The notes below the pieces were generated by a model that was not told the origin of the DNA, did no database searches, and saw only the letters and a program-made list of their open reading frames with translations. This document shows positions 60,464 to 64,000 of a stretch of DNA of 64,000 nt, piece by piece (position 1 is the stretch's first letter; every line of letters begins with the position of its first letter). The position numbers and the translations under genes are program-made. The stretch lies in IMG/VR virus record IMGVR_UViG_3300021519_000007, positions 1 through 64,000 of that record; one strand, written 5' to 3'. This DNA comes from a virus.

Positions 60464-62296
60464 TTAGAACTCTCCCATGGAGAGTCTGTTGAGGAGATCA
60501 GACAGGATGTGTTCTTCATCCTTTTGTGTCCCATCCACCACGGCAGAAATTATAGCACGCTTGTGGTCGATCAATTCGGCCAGATACTCATCAATTGTCC
60601 CCGCAGCCATGAGGTAGTAGCAGGAAACAGGATTCTCCTGCCCTGAGCGATGGCAACGATCCTCGGCTTGGTGGTGTTTAGTCGGAGTCCACGTCAACTC
60701 AAGGAAGGCGACGTTGGAGCAGACATGCTGCCACCCGTCGATCCCCTCGGCAGCGGCGTCGATGTTGGCGACAACAACACGAACACTGTCGTCCTCGGAG
60801 AAGCGGTCGATTGCTGCCTGCCTTGCATCCGATCCCATGCCGCCCACAACACGGACGGCCTTGGGGCCAAGGTGTTTGCACACCATGTCCACTGTGTTGC
60901 GGTGGCTGCAGAACAGGACGAGTTTCTCGTCAGATGTGAGGAAGTCGTCGATCCATTCAAGCGCAGCATTGATCTTTCCACGGGCACATACTTGACGCAG
61001 TGCGTTGAGTTTTGTGATTGCAATTGCCGCCTTTGCACGGGCGACCTTTGCATCGACCTCATGCTGCCAAGCGTTTTGAGCCTCGACCGGCGTAAGAGTA
61101 GACAGATGCTCATTGAATTTTTGATCCGAATTAACCTGCGAACGAATCCAAACAGCGATGTCATCTCGAACCCGATTATACTCGGGGCGGTTGGTGATCT
61201 CCAGCGGAATGGAGATGCGCTCCTTCGGAGGCAGTTCTGTAAGGACATCCTCTTTGCGTCTACGGATCAAGATGCCACTCCTGCGCAGGCGAGTATTCAA
61301 CTCGAACAAATTACTTGCTCCGCGGGTGTCCCAACCGTAACCGTTGTAGGAAGGGTTACAATAGCGCTCAACAAATGTCCAGTTTCTACCGCCTGTGATT
61401 TCATTGAGGCGGCCAATGATTGACAACTGAGACATAAGGTCGATTGGACTGTTTGTCAGGGGTGTGCCCGACATCGCAATCCTGATTTCTATCTGGCTGG
61501 CAAGGATCGCCGATGCTTTGGCCCGCTTGGACTTACCGTTCTTAATGAAATGCGCCTCATCAAAAACAACGGCCTTACATCTCAGGCGCTGGATCTCAGC
61601 GACCCAACCAGCAAGGATGTCATAGTTGATTATGACAATTTTTGTATTGCCGGGAATCCTTTTGCTCGTGCGGCCCGAACAGACAAAGATCAAGTCGTTA
61701 GAAATGGAGGGAAAGAATCTATTTATCTGACGAACCCAACCCATTTTGATTGAAGCGGGGCAGATGACTACAACGGGGTATGCCTGCTCCACTGCCACAG
61801 CAGCGAGAGCGCAGAGCGTTTTGCCCGTCCCCATCTCGTCACCTATGTAGACCCTACGGTTACGAACGATCCAGTCAACCGCAGCCTTCTGATAGTTGCG
61901 GAGTGATCCAGCCAAACCGGGGACAATAATGTCCGGCCCCTCTTGGGCGACAGACAGTTCCTGGTTCTCTTCTTGCTGCTTCTGACGTTCTTCTTCAGCC
62001 TGCAGGATCTGCTCAATGAGCCGGTCAGCAGAAGCGTTACGCTTGAAACCATACTCTTCGATGATCTCTAGCATTGGCTCAATTGCCTCACGCTCGGCAG
62101 GAATAACCCAAGCGCTAATCATCTTGTCGCCACGGGGGTAGAAGTTCGGGTGCATTTTCACACCCCGAATATTTCTTTTGAGATCACGCAGGCGAGCAGC
62201 AATCTTGCTTGTCTCATCTGTCGATAGATCATCTACGGCAATACCAAAGCCGTTCCCGCTTCTAAGCGCACCGAAATGCTTGAATGGTCTAGACAA
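60464..62296 (-). CDS. SNF2/SMARCAL1-like helicase (start revised to TTG 62296)
   Basis: GDEMGTGKT, DEAH, SGTP, LIRRRKEDVLTELPPK, QAEDRCHRSGQ; GAAAGGAG RBS before the TTG. Confidence 0.92.
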   Translation of the reverse strand: MSRPFKHFGALRSGNGFGIAVDDLSTDETSKIAARLRDLKRNIRGVKMHPNFYPRGDKMISAWVIPAEREAIEPMLEIIEEYGFKRNASADRLIEQILQAEEERQKQQEENQELSVAQEGPDIIVPGLAGSLRNYQKAAVDWIVRNRRVYIGDEMGTGKTLCALAAVAVEQAYPVVVICPASIKMGWVRQINRFFPSISNDLIFVCSGRTSKRIPGNTKIVIINYDILAGWVAEIQRLRCKAVVFDEAHFIKNGKSKRAKASAILASQIEIRIAMSGTPLTNSPIDLMSQLSIIGRLNEITGGRNWTFVERYCNPSYNGYGWDTRGASNLFELNTRLRRSGILIRRRKEDVLTELPPKERISIPLEITNRPEYNRVRDDIAVWIRSQVNSDQKFNEHLSTLTPVEAQNAWQHEVDAKVARAKAAIAITKLNALRQVCARGKINAALEWIDDFLTSDEKLVLFCSHRNTVDMVCKHLGPKAVRVVGGMGSDARQAAIDRFSEDDSVRVVVANIDAAAEGIDGWQHVCSNVAFLELTWTPTKHHQAEDRCHRSGQENPVSCYYLMAAGTIDEYLAELIDHKRAIISAVVDGTQKDEEHILSDLLNRLSMGEF

Positions 62297-62329
62297 GGAA
62301 TCTCCTTTCTCTTGCCTGTGGTTGTGTAG

Positions 62330-62403
62330 TAGCACCTGAGGGAATTGAACCCTCACCCCCGGTGACTAGTTCTGACCGCCGTGGGGGCGAACCTGCGGTG
62401 CTA
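62330..62403 (-). ncRNA. tRNA-like element (acceptor + T arm, no D stem or canonical anticodon loop)
   Basis: TAGCACC/GGTGCTA acceptor, (T)GAGGG-TTCAATT-CCCTC(A) T arm, central GC-rich hairpin. Confidence 0.55.
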
Positions 62404-62408
62404 GTACG

Positions 62409-62594
62409 TTATACGCTCTGTGCTTCGGTCAGTTCAGCAAACTCAATGTTCATCTGAACATCGGTGAACTGACCATCGTTTGCCGTCTCATGCTCGATAA
62501 GACCAAGGGCATTGTTGACGATAAAGCGAGCGTCTTCGATGTTTTCAGCGTTTTCGACGCCCACCTTGACTGTGGCAGTAAAGTTATAAGCCAT
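62409..62594 (-). CDS. Hypothetical 61-aa protein
   Basis: Strong AAAGGAGGT RBS. Confidence 0.65.
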   Translation of the reverse strand: MAYNFTATVKVGVENAENIEDARFIVNNALGLIEHETANDGQFTDVQMNIEFAELTEAQSV

Positions 62595-62616
62595 TTCTTC
62601 TACCTCCTTTCGTGAA

Positions 62617-62689
62617 TACTCCCACGGGGATTCGAACCCCGGTATCTGCCATGAAAGGGCAGGGTCCTAGGCCACTAGACGATGGGAGC
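62617..62689 (-). tRNA. tRNA-Glu (UUC), no encoded CCA
   Basis: GCTCCCA/TGGGAGT acceptor, CTGCC-CT-TTC-AT-GGCAG anticodon arm, CGGGG-TTCGAAT-CCCCG T arm. Confidence 0.95.
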
Positions 62690-62758
62690 GAGTCCCCGGA
62701 TAGACGAACGGGCCGGGTCTCCGGGAGCATTACAACCCCCGGAGGTTTGTGGATTATA

Positions 62759-63088
62759 TCAAACGCTTACAATAGCGGTCGCAAAATTGACCGCGACTTC
62801 TGCGTCTGCACTGATGGTAGAGACACCAAACGAACGGCCCACACCAACAAGAGCATAAAACTCGCTGTTGTTTGTGACCGTGCCATTACCCACGACCTTG
62901 ACCCGACCGGGGGCGACTACCGTAGCATCGATCCCGCTCTCGGCAAGGTTGCGCCGATGATGGTAGGCCAGAGCGGGAGTCTTGGCCGTAGCCTGCAGAA
63001 TGACAGGCATACCCTCAGGGGTAAGATTGATTGCACCCAAGAAGGTGGGGATCATAGAGGGGCGACCCCTCTTAGTGTTTGCACTCAC
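62759..63088 (-). CDS. Hypothetical protein with N-terminal AT-hook-like KRGRP
   Basis: AAGGAG RBS; GTGA overlap with the upstream gene. Confidence 0.55.
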   Translation of the reverse strand: MSANTKRGRPSMIPTFLGAINLTPEGMPVILQATAKTPALAYHHRRNLAESGIDATVVAPGRVKVVGNGTVTNNSEFYALVGVGRSFGVSTISADAEVAVNFATAIVSV

Positions 63089-63336
63089 AGTTTTTCTCCT
63101 TTATTTGTGACGCTCTTTTTATTCGTGCTATCTGTTTTTAGACGCTTGACAAACCCAGAGGCTACAAGCGTCTTCCGAACATTCATCATCCATCTATGAT
63201 CAGACGGTGATGCTGAGATGGTGACGATGTATCTATCGCCATCATACACCTTAAAATGAGACCCTCGTCGACTTTGCTCGATACGTAGTCCCTCGGTCTC
63301 TAACGACCTTAGCAGTTTCTTGACATCCTTGTTCAT
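63085..63336 (-). CDS. HicA-like protein
   Basis: KKLLRSLETEG...RGSHFKV...TISASPSDHRW, HicA-type fold with GSH. Confidence 0.6.
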   Translation of the reverse strand: MNKDVKKLLRSLETEGLRIEQSRRGSHFKVYDGDRYIVTISASPSDHRWMMNVRKTLVASGFVKRLKTDSTNKKSVTNKGEKL

Positions 63337-63611
63337 CAGAAGGGTGTCGTTGAGGCGGTGTTGATGTGATCAACAATGGTCGCACCCATAGCGGTGGCAC
63401 AGGAGCGGCAGAACTTGGGAGGCCTACCAGCGACACCCGTCCTCACGATCGTGCCGCCGCATCGTGCGCAATCTTTATCGTATTCGGGTGGACGTACACG
63501 GACAATCTTCGGAGCCGGGCACGTGGCACAATGCACACGCGGCCTGCCTCGTTTACCACTATGCGCAATCATAGATCCGCATACATTGCACGGCTGACTG
63601 TAATACTTCAT
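63336..63611 (-). CDS. Tandem zinc-ribbon / AT-hook protein
   Basis: CNVC...KRGRPR..CATC and CARC...GRPPKFCRSC. Confidence 0.6.
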   Translation of the reverse strand: MKYYSQPCNVCGSMIAHSGKRGRPRVHCATCPAPKIVRVRPPEYDKDCARCGGTIVRTGVAGRPPKFCRSCATAMGATIVDHINTASTTPF

Positions 63612-64000
63612 CGGTTCAACATCCTTTCGGCGGTTTCAATACGCTTTCGATTACGTTGTTCAATATCATTGGCAGCGTAGCCTCTCACAATAACACCTTT
63701 GTTCACACTAATGATGCGATGATGGTTTCTGATCTTCTTCATGCTAGCACGTTTATTGATACGCGCAAGCGAAAACATTGAATCATGGTATCCCTCGTTT
63801 GCCTTGGCCTCAACCTCATATGGGATAAGACGATAGACCTCTGTGTATTCGACACCCTCTTGCTCGGCAACTCTCTTTGCAGACTCGTTCATGAGGTTGT
63901 ATGTCTCAATAAAGTCGGGGTTGTCCTCCCATTGCGCAGCATGAGTAATCTCATGCCAGATGGAACGACTTGCCGCCTCGGGTGTCAGGCGAGCAACGAT
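63608..64000 (-). CDS. Zincin-like metallopeptidase (partial, starts beyond right edge)
   Basis: The frame is open to 64000; hand translation gives IWHEITHAAQW (HExxH) upstream of the track start, plus YRLIPYEVEA. Confidence 0.7.
   Translation of the reverse strand: MVARLTPEAASRSIWHEITHAAQWEDNPDFIETYNLMNESAKRVAEQEGVEYTEVYRLIPYEVEAKANEGYHDSMFSLARINKRASMKKIRNHHRIISVNKGVIVRGYAANDIEQRNRKRIETAERMLNR

Noticed and set aside
62297-62356. Track start of the helicase at 62356
   Set aside because: Overlaps the tRNA-like element; a strong RBS supports TTG at 62296.
62690-62745. GC-rich hairpins upstream of tRNA-Glu as a possible tRNA-associated ribozyme
   Set aside because: I could not build an HDV-like nested pseudoknot; more simply precursor-leader structure.
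62612-63199. 195-aa plus-strand ORF
   Set aside because: Antisense to tRNA-Glu and to two minus-strand genes with good RBSs.

Overview
The window is a segment of a large tailed-phage genome with a contractile (myovirus-type) tail. Essentially all real genes lie on the minus strand. Read right to left in the direction of transcription, it starts with an accessory/early region (about 64,000-55,900). That region holds a zincin peptidase, a HicA-like protein, an SNF2 helicase, two secreted muralytic enzymes (one Rpf-like), a dUTPase, small DNA-binding proteins, tRNA-Glu(UUC), tRNA-Arg(UCU), one tRNA-like element and two structured non-coding stretches. Next comes a roughly 56-kb virion module resembling Bxz1-type (cluster C-like) actinobacterial myoviruses. 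In order it encodes an HD-domain protein, small structural proteins, a fibre plus glycine-rich adhesin, large acidic head proteins, protease/scaffold, capsid decoration protein, major capsid protein, neck proteins, a GT2-TPR glycosyltransferase, tail terminator, sheath, tube, -1 frameshifted tail chaperones, tape measure, a DPBB+M23 lysin, hub, spike, baseplate, collagen-like fibres and adhesins. No portal, terminase or integrase is recognisable. The Rpf gene, capsid type and leaderless genes point to an actinobacterial host (inference). The most interesting leads are five. (1) A lysozyme-like + Rpf 'wake-up' cassette bracketed by a c-di-AMP-riboswitch-like leader and a 120-nt structured RNA. 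(2) A cryptic D-x5-G-x7-D/E strand arrayed at 20-residue periodicity in one protein and reused at the C-termini of three other virion proteins. (3) A GT2-TPR enzyme together with TGP[T/S] motifs seeded into non-collagen virion proteins, suggesting virion glycosylation. (4) [K/R]-x-A motifs that punctuate the head proteins, including a headless CCA-enzyme HD protein. (5) A 74-nt RNA resembling the tRNA-like domain of tmRNA. All assignments come from motif recognition by eye; no searches were run.
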